From the NCBI RefSeq assembly GCF_009914755.1, contig NC_060941.1: a stretch of DNA of 64,000 bases; one strand, written 5' to 3'. This stretch comes from the human T2T-CHM13v2.0 reference genome, Homo sapiens. A program made the translations under genes and the position numbers. The notes under the pieces were generated by a model. That model saw only the letters and a list, made by a program, of their open reading frames with translations, did no database searches and was not told where the DNA came from. This document shows, in pieces, positions 1 through 12,289 of the stretch; position 1 is the stretch's first letter; every line of letters begins with the position of its first letter.

Positions 1-115
1 AATTCTCTGGGATGATTGAGTTGAACTCACAGAGCAGTACTTTCCTTGGGATGGAGTAGTTTCGAAACACACTTTCTGTAGAATCTGCAAGTGGATATTT
101 GGACCTGTCTGAGGA

Positions 116-132
116 ATTCGTTGCAAACGGGA
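116..132 (+). other. CENP-B box, core intact (repeats in every HOR copy)
   Basis: ATTCGTTGCAAACGGGA matches NTTCGNNNNANNCGGGN and overlaps the EcoRI site. Confidence 0.9.
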
Positions 133-280
133 TAATTTCAGCTAAGTAAACAGAAGCAGTCTCAGAATCTTCTTGTGATGTTTGCATTCAAATCCCAGAA
201 TGGAACCTTCCTTTGAAAGTTCAGGTTGGAAACACTCTTTTTGCAGGATCTACAAGTGGATATTCGGACCACTCTGTGGA

Positions 281-297
281 CTTCGTTCGAAACGGGT
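281..297 (+). other. CENP-B box, core intact (lost in U21)
   Basis: CTTCGTTCGAAACGGGT matches the 9 essential positions. Confidence 0.9.
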
Positions 298-451
298 ATA
301 TCTTCACATAACATCTAGACAGAAGCATTCTCAGAAACTTTTCTGTGATGACTGCATTCAACTCACAGAGTTGAACACTCCTTTTGAGAGCGCAGTTTTG
401 AAACTCTCTTTCTCTGGAATCTGCAAGGGGACATGCAGACCTCTTTGAAGG

Positions 452-468
452 TTTCGTTGGAAACGGAA
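452..468 (+). other. Degenerate CENP-B box (CGGG>CGGA), fixed in all copies
   Basis: TTTCGTTGGAAACGGAA: essential G at position 16 is replaced by A. Confidence 0.85.
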
Positions 469-964
469 TCATCTTCACATAAAAATTACACGGAAGCCTC
501 CTCAGGAACTCCTTGGTGATGTTTGTATTCAACTTCCAGAGTTGAACTTTCCTTCGGAAAGAGCAGCTATGAAACACTCTTTTTCTAGAATCTGCAAGTG
601 GACATTGGGAGGGCTGTGAGGTTTGTGGTGGAAAAGGAAATATCTCCACATAAATACTAGATAGAAGCCTTCTCAGAAACTACTTTGTGATGACTGCATT
701 CACCTCACGGAGTGGAGCATTCCTATTGACAGAGCAGTTTGGAAACACTCTTCTTGTAGAATCGGCTAGTGGAGAGTTGGAGCGCTTTGAGGCCTATGGT
801 AGTAAAGGGAAGAGCTTCACATAAAATCTAGACAGAAGCATTCTCAGAAAATACTTTGTGATGATTGAGTTTAACACACAGAGCTGAACATTCCTTTGGA
901 TGGAGAAGGTTTGAAACACACTTTCTGTAGAATCTGCGAGTGGATATTTGGACCTCTCTGAGGA

Positions 965-981
965 TTTCGTTGGAAACGGGA
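965..981 (+). other. CENP-B box, canonical (lost in U12, U15, U16)
   Basis: TTTCGTTGGAAACGGGA. Confidence 0.95.
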
Positions 982-1130
982 TAACTGCACCTAACTAAAC
1001 GGAAGCATTCTCACAAAATTCTGTGTGATGTTTGCATTCAAATCCCAGAGTTGAACCTTCCTTTGATAGTTCAGCTTTGAAACACTCTTTTTGTAGGTTC
1101 TGCAGGTGGATATTTGGACCACTCTTTGGC

Positions 1131-1147
1131 CTTCGTTCGAAACGGGT
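1131..1147 (+). other. CENP-B box, core intact (lost in U14)
   Basis: CTTCGTTCGAAACGGGT, the pentamer paralogue of 281-297. Confidence 0.9.
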
Positions 1148-1301
1148 ACATCTTCAAATAAAATCTAGACAGAAGCCTTCTCAGAAACTTCTCTGTGACG
1201 ATTGCATTCAACTCAGAGAGTTGAACCCTCCTATGGATGGAGCAGTTTTGAATCTCTCTTTTTGTGGAATCTGCAAGTGGATATGTGGTCCTCTTTGAAG
1301 A

Positions 1302-1318
1302 TGTCTTTGGAAACGGGA
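1302..1318 (+). other. Degenerate CENP-B box (TTCG>GTCT), fixed in all copies
   Basis: TGTCTTTGGAAACGGGA: the 5' TTCG core is destroyed. Confidence 0.85.
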
Positions 1319-1643
1319 ATATCTTCACATAAAAACTAAACAGAAGCATTCTCAGAAACTTCTCTGTGATGTTTGTGTTCAACTCACAGAGTTTCACGTT
1401 GCTTTTCATAGAGCAGATGAGAAACATGCTTTTCGTAGGGTCTGCAAGTGGACATTTGGAGAGCTTTCAGGCCTGTGGTGGAAAACGAATTATCGTCACG
1501 TAAAAACTAGAGAGAAGCATTGTCAGAAACTTGTTTGTGATGACTGCATTCAACTCACAGAGTTGAAGGTTCCTTTTCAAACAGCAGTTTCCAAACACTC
1601 TTTCTGTGGCATCTGCAAGTGGATGTTTGGGCCTCTTTGAAGA

Positions 1644-1660
1644 TTTCGTTGGAAACGGGA
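1644..1660 (+). other. CENP-B box, canonical (lost in U12, U15, U16)
   Basis: TTTCGTTGGAAACGGGA. Confidence 0.95.
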
Positions 1661-2156
1661 TAATCTTCACAGAAAAGCTAAACAGAAGCATGCTCAGAAA
1701 CTTCTTTGTGATGTTTGCTTTCAACTCACAGAGTTGAACTTTCCTTTTGAGAGAGAAGCTTTGAAACACTCTTTTTCTAGAATCTGCAAGTGGATATTTG
1801 GAGGGCTTTGAGGCCTGAGGTGGAACAGGAATTATCTTCCCGTAAGAACTAGATAGATGCATTCTCAGAAACTACTTTGTGACGATTGCATTCAAGTCAC
1901 AGAGGTGAACATTCCCTTTCAGAGAGCACTTTGGAAACTCTCGTTGTGTAGAATCTGCAAGTGGAGATATGGACCGCTTTGAGGCCTATGGTAGTAAAGG
2001 AAACAGCTTCATATAAAAACTAGACAGCAGCATTCTCAGAAAACTCTTTGTGACGACTGAGTTAAACTCACAGGGCTGAACATTCCTTTGGATGGAGCAG
2101 TTTGGAAACACACTATCTGTAGGATCTGCAAGCGGATACTTGGGCCTCCCTGAGGA

Positions 2157-2173
2157 TTTCGTGGGAAACGGGA
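2157..2173 (+). other. CENP-B box, core intact in U1; the most frequently mutated box in the window
   Basis: TTTCGTGGGAAACGGGA; GTTGG variant in most later copies. Confidence 0.9.
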
Positions 2174-5100
2174 TAAACCGCACAGAACTAAACAGAAGCA
2201 TTCTCAGAACCTTCTTCGTGATGTTTGCATTCAACCCACAGTGTTGAACCTTTCTTTGATAGTTCAGGTTTGAAACACTCTTTTTGTAGAAACTGCAAGT
2301 GGATAACTGCACTTCTTTGAGGCCTATCGTAGTAAAGGAAATAACTTCCTATAAAAACAAGACAGAAGCTTTCTCAGAAAATTCTCTGGGATGATTGAGT
2401 TGAACTCACAGAGCAGTACTTTCCTTGGGATGGAGTAGTTTCGAAACACACTTTCTGTAGAATCTGCAAGTGGATATTTGGACCTGTCTGAGGAATTCGT
2501 TGCAAACGGGATAATTTCAGCTAAGTAAACAGAAGCAGTCTCAGAATCTTCTTGTGATGTTTGCATTCAAATCCCAGAATGGAACCTTCCTTTGAAAGTT
2601 CAGGTTGGAAACACTCTTTTTGCAGGATCTACAAGTGGATATTCGGACCACTCTGTGGACTTCGTTCGAAACGGGTATATCTTCACATAACATCTAGACA
2701 GAAGCATTCTCAGAAACTTTTCTGTGATGACTGCATTCAACTCACAGAGTTGAACACTCCTTTTGAGAGCGCAGTTTTGAAACTCTCTTTCTCTGGAATC
2801 TGCAAGGGGACATGCAGACCTCTTTGAAGGTTTCGTTGGAAACGGAATCATCTTCACATAAAAATTACACGGAAGCCTCCTCAGGAACTCCTTGGTGATG
2901 TTTGTATTCAACTTCCAGAGTTGAACTTTCCTTCGGAAAGAGCAGCTATGAAACACTCTTTTTCTAGAATCTGCAAGTGGACATTGGGAGGGCTGTGAGG
3001 TTTGTGGTGGAAAAGGAAATATCTCCACATAAATACTAGATAGAAGCCTTCTCAGAAACTACTTTGTGATGACTGCATTCACCTCACGGAGTGGAGCATT
3101 CCTATTGACAGAGCAGTTTGGAAACACTCTTCTTGTAGAATCGGCTAGTGGAGAGTTGGAGCGCTTTGAGGCCTATGGTAGTAAAGGGAAGAGCTTCACA
3201 TAAAATCTAGACAGAAGCATTCTCAGAAAATACTTTGTGATGATTGAGTTTAACACACAGAGCTGAACATTCCTTTGGATGGAGAAGGTTTGAAACACAC
3301 TTTCTGTAGAATCTGCGAGTGGATATTTGGACCTCTCTGAGGATTTCGTTGGAAACGGGATAACTGCACCTAACTAAACGGAAGCATTCTCACAAAATTC
3401 TTTGTGATGTTTGCATTCAAATCCCAGAGTTGAACCTTCCTTTGATAGTTCAGCTTTGAAACACTCTTTTTGTAGGTTCTGCAGGTGGATATTTGGACCA
3501 CTCTTTGGCCTTCGTTCGAAACGGGTACATCTTCAAATAAAATCTAGACAGAAGCCTTCTCAGAAACTTCTCTGTGACGATTGCATTCAACTCAGAGAGT
3601 TGAACCCTCCTATGGATGGAGCAGTTTTGAATCTCTCTTTTTGTGGAATCTGCAAGTGGATATGTGGTCCTCTTTGAAGATGTCTTTGGAAACGGGAATA
3701 TCTTCACATAAAAACTAAACAGAAGCATTCTCAGAAACTTCTCTGTGATGTTTGTGTTCAACTCACAGAGGTTCACGTTGCTTTTCATAGAGCAGATGAG
3801 AAACATGCTTTTCGTAGGGTCTGCAAGTGGACATTTGGAGAGATTTCAGGCCGGTGGTGGAAAACGAATTATCGTCACGTAAAAACTAGAGAGAAGCATT
3901 GTCAGAAACTTGTTTGTGATGACTGCATTCAACTCACAGAGTTGAAGGTTCCTTTTCAAACAGCAGTTTCCAAACACTCTTTCTGTGGCATCTGCAAGTG
4001 GATGTTTGGGCCTCTTTGAAGATTTCGTTGGAAACGGGATAATCTTCACAGAAAAGCTAAACAGAAGCATGCTCAGAAACTTCTTTGTGATGTTTGCTTT
4101 CAACTCACAGAGTTGAACTTTCCTTTTGAGAGAGAAGCTTTGAAACACTCTTTTTCTAGAATCTGCAAGTGGATATTTGGAGGGCTTTGAGGCCTGAGGT
4201 GGAACAGGAATTATCTTCCCGTAAGAACTAGATAGATGCATTCTCAGAAACTACTTTGTGACGATTGCATTCAAGTCACAGAGGTGAACATTCCCTTTCA
4301 GAGAGCACTTTGGAAACTCTCGTTGTGTAGAATCTGCAAGTGGAGATATGGACCGCTTTGAGGCCTATGGTAGTAAAGGAAACAGCTTCATATAAAAACT
4401 AGACAGCAGCATTCTCAGAAAACTCTTTGTGACGACTGAGTTAAACTCACAGGGCTGAACATTCCTTTGGATGGAGCAGTTTGGAAACACACTATCTGTA
4501 GGATCTGCAAGCGGATACTTGGGCCTCCCTGAGGATTTCGTGGGAAACGGGATGAACCGCACAGAACTAAACAGAAGCATTCTCAGAACCTTCTTCGTGA
4601 TGTTTGCATTCAACCCACAGTGTTGAACCTTTCTTTGATAGTTCAGGTTTGAAACACTCTTTTTGTAGAAACTGCAAGTGGATAACTGCACTTCTTTGAG
4701 GCCTATCGTAGTAAAGGAAATAACTTCCTATAAAAACAAGACAGAAGCTTTCTCAGAAAATTCTCTGGGATGATTGAGTTGAACTCACAGAGCAGTACTT
4801 TCCTTGGGATGGAGTAGTTTCGAAACACACTTTCTGTAGAATCTGCAAGTGGATATTTGGACCTGTCTGAGGAATTCGTTGCAAACGGGATAATTTCAGC
4901 TAAGTAAACAGAAGCAGTCTCAGAATCTTCTTGTGATGTTTGCATTCAAATCCCAGAATGGAACCTTCCTTTGAAAGTTCAGGTTGGAAACACTCTTTTT
5001 GCAGGATCTACAAGTGGATATTCGGACCACTCTGTGGACTTCGTTCGAAACGGGTATATCTTCACATAACATCTAGACAGAAGCATTCTCAGAAACTTTT

Positions 5101-8100
5101 CTGTGATGACTGCATTCAACTCACAGAGTTGAACACTCCTTTTGAGAGCGCAGTTTTGAAACTCTCTTTCTCTGGAATCTGCAAGGGGACATGCAGACCT
5201 CTTTGAAGGTTTCGTTGGAAACGGAATCATCTTCACATAAAAATTACACGGAAGCCTCCTCAGGAACTCCTTGGTGATGTTTGTATTCAACTTCCAGAGT
5301 TGAACTTTCCTTCGGAAAGAGCAGCTATGAAACACTCTTTTTCTAGAATCTGCAAGTGGACATTGGGAGGGCTGTGAGGTTTGTGGTGGAAAAGGAAATA
5401 TCTCCACATAAATACTAGATAGAAGCCTTCTCAGAAACTACTTTGTGATGACTGCATTCACCTCACGGAGTGGAGCATTCCTATTGACAGAGCAGTTTGG
5501 AAACACTCTTCTTGTAGAATCAGCTAGTGGAGAGTTGGAGCGCTTTGAGGCCTATGGTAGTAAAGGGAAGAGCTTCACATAAAATCTAGACAGAAGCATT
5601 CTCAGAAAATACTTTGTGATGATTGATTTTAACACACAGAGCTGAACATTCCTTTGGATGGAGAAGGTTTGAAACACACTTTCTGTAGAATCTGCGAGTG
5701 GATATTTGGACCTCTCTGAGGATTTCGTTGGAAACGGGATAACTGCACCTAACTAAACGGAAGCATTCTCACAAAATTCTTTGTGATGTTTGCATTCAAA
5801 TCCCAGAGTTGAACCTTCCTTTGATAGTTCAGCTTTGAAACACTCTTTTTGTAGGTTCTGCAGGTGGATATTTGGACCACTCTTTGGCCTTCGTTCGAAA
5901 CGGGTACATCTTCAAATAAAATCTAGACAGAAGCCTTCTCAGAAACTTCTCTGTGACGATTGCATTCAACTCAGAGAGTTGAACCCTCCTATGGATAGAG
6001 CAGTTTTGAATCTCTCTTTTTGTGGAATCTGCAAGTGGATATGTGGTCCTCTTTGAAGATGTCTTTGGAAACGGGAATATCTTCACATAAAAACTAAACA
6101 GAAGCATTCTCAGAAACTTCTCTGTGATGTTTGTGTTCAACTCACAGAGTTTCACGTTGCTTTTCATAGAGCAGATGAGAAACATGCTTTTCGTAGGGTC
6201 TGCAAGTGGACATTTGGAGAGATTTCAGGCCTGTGGTGGAAAACGAATTATCGTCACGTAAAAACTAGAGAGAAGCATTGTCAGAAACTTGTTTGTGATG
6301 ACTGCATTCAACTCACAGAGTTGAAGGTTCCTTTTCAAACAGCAGTTTCCAAACACTCTTTCTGTGGCATCTGCAAGTGGATGTTTGGGCCTCTTTGAAG
6401 ATTTCGTTGGAAACGGGATAATCTTCACAGAAAAGCTAAACAGAAGCATGCTCAGAAACTTCTTTGTGATGTTTGCTTTCAACTCACAGAGTTGAACTTT
6501 CCTTTTTAGAGAGAAGCTTTGAAACACTCTTTTTCTAGAATCTGCAAGTAGATATTTGGAGGGCATTGAGGCCTGAGGTGGAACAGGAATTATCTTCCCG
6601 TAAGAACTAGATAGATGCATTCTCAGAAACTACTTTGTGACGATTGCATTCAAGTCACAGAGGTGAACATTCCCTTTCAGAGAGCACTTTGGAAACTCTC
6701 GTTGTGTAGAATCTGCAAGTGGAGATATGGACCGCTTTGAGGCCTATGGTAGTAAAGGAAACAGCTTCATATAAAAACTAGACAGCAGCATTCTCAGAAA
6801 ACTCTTTGTGACGACTGAGTTAAACTCACAGGGCTGAACATTCCTTTGGATGGAGCAGTTTGGAAACACACTATCTGTAGGATCTGCAAGCGGATACTTG
6901 GGCCTCCCTGAGGATTTCGTGGGAAACGGGATAAACCGCACAGAACTAAACAGAAGCATTCTCAGAACCTTCTTCGTGATGTTTGCATTCAACCCACAGT
7001 GTTGAACCTTTCTTTGATAGTTCAGGTTTGAAACACTCTTTTTGTAGAAACTGCAAGTGGATAACTGCACTTCTTTGAGGCCTATCGTAGTAAAGGAAAT
7101 AACTTCCTATAAAAACAAGACAGAAGCTTTCTCAGAAAATTCTCTGGGATGATTGAGTTGAACTCACAGAGCAGTACTTTCCTTGGGATGGAGTAGTTTC
7201 GAAACACACTTTCTGTAGAATCTGCAAGTGGATATTTGGACCTGTCTGAGGAATTCGTTGCAAACGGGATAATTTCACCTAAGTAAACAGAAGCAGTCTC
7301 AGAATCTTCTTGTGATGTTTGCATTCAAATCCCAGAATGGAACCTTCCTTTGAAAGTTCAGGTTGGAAACACTCTTTTTGCAGGATCTACAAGTGGATAT
7401 TCGGACCACTCTGTGGACTTCGTTCGAAACGGGTATATCTTCACATAACATCTAGACAGAAGCATTCTCAGAAACTTTTCTGTGATGACTGCATTCAACT
7501 CACAGAGTTGAACACTCCTTTTGAGAGCGCAGTTTTGAAACTCTCTTTCTCTGGAATCTGCAAGGGGACATGCAGACCTCTTTGAAGGTTTCGTTGGAAA
7601 CGGAATCATCTTCACATAAAAATTACACGGAAACCTCCTCAGGAACTCCTTGGTGATGTTTGTATTCAACTTCCAGAGTTGAACTTTCCTTCGGAAAGAG
7701 CAGCTATGAAACACTCTTTTTCTAGAATATGCAAGTGGACATTGGGAGGGCTGTGAGGTTTGTGGTGGAAAAGGAAATATCTCCACATAAATACTAGATA
7801 GAAGCCTTCTCAGAAACTACTTTGTGATGACTGCATTCACCTCACGGAGTGGAGCATTCCTATTGACAGAGCAGTTTGGAAACACTCTTCTTGTAGAATC
7901 GGCTAGTGGAGAGTTGGAGCGCTTTGAGGCCTATGGTAGTAAAGGGAAGAGCTTCACATAAAATCTAGACAGAAGCATTCTCAGAAAATACTTTGTGATG
8001 ATTGAGTTTAACACACAGAGCTGAACATTCCTTTGGATGGAGAAGGTTTGAAACACACTTTCTGTAGAATCTGCGAGTGGATATTTGGACCTCTCTGAGG

Positions 8101-11100
8101 ATTTCGTTGGAAACGGGATAACTGCACCTAACTAAACGGAAGCATTCTCACAAAATTCTTTGTGATGTTTGCATTCAAATCCCAGAGTTGAACCTTCCTT
8201 TGATAGTTCAGCTTTGAAACACTATTTTTGTAGGTTCTGCAGGTGGATATTTGGACCACTCTTTGGCCTTCGTTCGAAACGGGTACATCTTCAAATAAAA
8301 TCTAGACAGAAGCCTTCTCAGAAACTTCTCTGTGACGATTGCATTCAACTCAGAGAGTTGAACCCTCCTATGGATAGAGCAGTTTTGAATCTCTCTTTTT
8401 GTGGAATCTGCAAGTGGATATGTGGTCCTCTTTGAAGATGTCTGTGGAAACGGGAATATCTTCACATAAAAACTAAACAGAAGCATTCTCAGAAACTTCT
8501 CTGTGATGTTTGTGTTCAACTCACAGAGTTTCACGTTGCTTTTCATAGAGCAGATGAGAAACATGCTTTTCGTAGGGTCTGCAAGTGGACATTTGGAGAG
8601 CTTTCAGGCCTGTGGTGGAAAACGAATTATCGTCACGTAAAAACTAGAGAGAAGCATTGTCAGAAACTTGTTTGTGATGACTGCATTCAACTCACAGAGT
8701 TGAAGGTTCCTTTTCAAACAGCAGTTTCCAAACACTCTTTCTGTGGCATCTGCAAGTGGATGTTTGGGCCTCTTTGAAGATTTCGTTGGAAACGGGATAA
8801 TCTTCACAGAAAAGCTAAACAGAAGCATGCTCAGAAACTTCTTTGTGATGTTTGCTTTCAACTCACAGAGTTGAACTTTCCTTTTGAGAGAGAAGCTTTG
8901 AAACACTCTTTTTCTAGAATCTGCAAGTGGATATTTGGAGGGCATTGAGGCCTGAGGTGGAACAGGAATTATCTTCCCGTAAGAACTAGATAGATGCATT
9001 CTCAGAAACTACTTTGTGACGATTGCATTCAAGTCACAGAGGTGAACATTCCCTTTCAGAGAGCACTTTGGAAACTCTCGTTGTGTAGAATCTTCAAGTG
9101 GAGATATGGACCGCTTTGAGGCCTATGGTAGTAAAGGAAACAGCTTCATATAAAAACTAGACAGCAGCATTCTCAGAAAACTCTTTGTGACGACTGAGTT
9201 AAACTCACAGGGCTGAACATTCCTTTGGATGGAGCAGTTTGGAAACACACTATCTGTAGGATCTGCAAGCGGATACTTGGGCCTCCCTGAGGATTTCGTG
9301 GGAAACGGGATAAACCGCACAGAACTAAACAGAAGCATTCTCAGAACCTTCTTCGTGATGTTTGCATTCAACCCACAGTGTTGAACCTTTCTTTGATAGT
9401 TCAGGTTTGAAACACTCTTTTTGTAGAAACTGCAAGTGGATAACTGCACTTCTTTGAGGCCTATCGTAGTAAAGGAAATAACTTCCTATAAAAACAAGAC
9501 AGAAGCTTTCTCAGAAAATTCTCTGGGATGATTGAGTTGAACTCACAGAGCAGTACTTTCCTTGGGATGGAGTAGTTTCGAAACACACTTTCTGTAGAAT
9601 CTGCAAGTGGATATTTGGACCTGTCTGAGGAATTCGTTGCAAACGGGATAATTTCAGCTAAGTAAACAGAAGCAGTCTCAGAATCTTCTTGTGATGTTTG
9701 CATTCAAATCCCAGAATTGAACCTTCCTTTGAAAGTTCAGGTTGGAAACACTCTTTTTGCAGGATCTACAAGTGGATATTCGGACCACTCTGTGGACTTC
9801 GTTCGAAACGGGTATATCTTCACATAACATCTAGACAGAAGCATTCTCAGAAACTTTTCTGTGATGACTGCATTCAACTCACAGAGTTGAACACTCCTTT
9901 TGAGAGCGCAGTTTTGCAACTCTCTTTCTCTGGAATCTGCAAGGGGACATGCAGACCTCTTTGAAGGTTTCGTTGGAAACGGAATCATCTTCACATAAAA
10001 ATTACACGGAAGCCTCCTCAGGAACTCCTTGGTGATGTTTGTATTCAACTTCCAGAGTTGAACTTTCCTTCGGAAAGAGCAGCTATGAAACACTCTTTTT
10101 CTAGAATCTGCAAGTGGACATTGGGAGGGCTGTGAGGTTTGTGGTGGAAAAGGAAATATCTCCACATAAATACTAGATAGAAGCCTTCTCAGAAACTACT
10201 TTGTGATGACTGCATTCACCTCACGGAGTGGAGCATTCCTATTGACAGAGCAGTTTGGAAACACTCTTCTTGTAGAATCGGCTAGTGGAGAGTTGGAGCG
10301 CTTTGAGGCCTATGGTAGTAAAGGGAAGAGCTTCACATAAAATCTAGACAGAAGCATTCTCAGAAAATACTTTGTGATGATTGAGTTTAACACACAGAGC
10401 TGAACATTCCTTTGGATGGAGAAGGTTTGAAACACACTTTCTGTAGAATCTGCGAGTGGATATTTGGACCTCTCTGAGGATTTCGTTGGAAACGGGATAA
10501 CTGCACCTAACTAAACGGAAGCATTCTCACAAAATTCTTTGTGATGTTTGCATTCAAATCCCAGAGTTGAACCTTCCTTTGATAGTTCAGCTTTGAAACA
10601 CTCTTTCTGTAGGTTCTGCAGGTGGATATTTGGACCACTCTTTGGCCTTCGTTCGAAACGGGTACATCTTCAAATAAAATCTAGACAGAAGCCTTCTCAG
10701 AAACTTCTCTGTGACGATTGCATTCAACTCAGAGAGTTGAACCCTCCTATGGATAGAGCAGTTTTGAATCTCTCTTTTTGTGGAATCTGCAAGTGGATAT
10801 GTGGTCCTCTTTGAAGATGTCTGTGGAAACGGGAATATCTTCACATAAAAACTAAACAGAAGCATTCTCAGAAACTTCTCTGTGATGTTTGTGTTCAACT
10901 CACAGAGTTTCACGTTGCTTTTCATAGAGCAGATGAGAAACATGCTTTTCGTAGGGTCTGCAAGTGGACATTTGGAGAGCTTTCAGGCCTGTGGTGGAAA
11001 ACGAATTATCGTCACGTAAAAACTAGAGAGAAGCATTGTCAGAAACTCGTTTGTGATGACTGCATTCAACTCACAGAGTTGAAGGTTCCTTTTCAAACAG

Positions 11101-12289
11101 CAGTTTCCAAACACTCTTTCTGTGGCATCTGCAAGTGGATGTTTGGGCCTCTTTGAAGATTTCGTTGGAAACGGGATAATCTTCACAGAAAAGCTAAACA
11201 GAAGCATGCTCAGAAACTTCTTTGTGATGTTTGCTTTCAACTCACAGAGTTGAACTTTCCTTTTGAGAGAGAAGCTTTGAAACACTCTTTTTCTAGAATC
11301 TGCAAGTGGATATTTGGAGGGCATTGAGGCCTGAGGTGGAACAGGAATTATCTTCCCGTAAGAACTAGATAGATGCATTCTCAGAAACTACTTTGTGACG
11401 ATTGCATTCAAGTCACAGAGGTGAACATTCCCTTTCAGAGAGCACTTTGGAAACTCTCGTTGTGTAGAATCTGCAAGTGGAGATATGGACCGCTTTGAGG
11501 CCTATGGTAGTAAAGGAAACAGCTTCATATAAAAACTAGACAGCAGCATTCTCAGAAAACTCTTTGTGACGACTGAGTTAAACTCACAGGGCTGAACATT
11601 CCTTTGGATGGAGCAGTTTGGAAACACACTATCTGTAGGATCTGCAAGCGGATACTTGGGCCTCCCTGAGGATTTCGTGGGAAACGGGATAAACCGCACA
11701 GAACTAAACAGAAGCATTCTCAGAACCTTCTTCGTGATGTTTGCATTCAACCCACAGTGTTGAACCTTTCTTTGATAGTTCAGGTTTGAAACACTCTTTT
11801 TGTAGAAACTGCAAGTGGATAACTGCACTTCTTTGAGGCCTATCGTAGTAAAGGAAATAACTTCCTATAAAAACAAGACAGAAGCTTTCTCAGAAAATTC
11901 TCTGGGATGATTGAGTTGAACTCACAGAGCAGTACTTTCCTTGGGATGGAGTAGTTTCGAAACACACTTTCTGTAGAATCTGCAAGTGGATATTTGGACC
12001 TGTCTGAGGAATTCGTTGCAAACGGGATAATTTCACCTAAGTAAACAGAAGCAGTCTCAGAATCTTCTTGTGATGTTTGCATTCAAATCCCAGAATGGAA
12101 CCTTCCTTTGAAAGTTCAGGTTGGAAACACTCTTTTTGCAGGATCTACAAGTGGATATTCGGACCACTCTGTGGACTTCGTTCGAAACGGGTATATCTTC
12201 ACATAACATCTAGACAGAAGCATTCTCAGAAACTTTTCTGTGATGACTGCATTCAACTCACAGAGTTGAACACTCCTTTTGAGAGCGCA

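Larger units (their letters stand above)
623..2340 (+). other. Six A-type monomers per HOR with pJalpha-like boxes at about 623, 794, 1473, 1815, 1986 and 2324
   Basis: At the CENP-B-box-equivalent position: TTGTGGTGGAAAAGGAA, CTATGGTAGTAAAGGGA, CTGTGGTGGAAAACGAA, CTGAGGTGGAACAGGAA, CTATGGTAGTAAAGGAA, CTATCGTAGTAAAGGAA. Confidence 0.75.
114..2492 (+). repeat. Reference HOR unit U1 (EcoRI to EcoRI), SF3 pentameric type; probable chromosome 17 D17Z1-family 14-mer (D17Z1-B or -C like)
   Basis: Box positions about 116, 281, 452, 623, 794, 965, 1131, 1302, 1473, 1644, 1815, 1986, 2157, 2324, then 2495: 11 spacings of 171 plus 165, 166 and 167 sum to 2379. Box types run B,B,B*,A,A,B,B,B*,A,B,A,A,B,A. 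The 850-bp internal homology (ORFs at 182 and 1032) marks a pentamer. Chromosome assignment rests on recalled similarity of GAATTCGTTG.AAACGGGATAATTTCAGCT to D17Z1 and the known 14-mer size of D17Z1-B/-C. Confidence 0.75.

Noticed and set aside
59-68. Perfect 10-bp palindrome GTTTCGAAAC once per HOR, and TTCGAA inside two CENP-B boxes, as cruciform sites
   Set aside because: Short, one substitution from the common GTTTGGAAAC, and disrupted in three units; no evidence of function from sequence alone.
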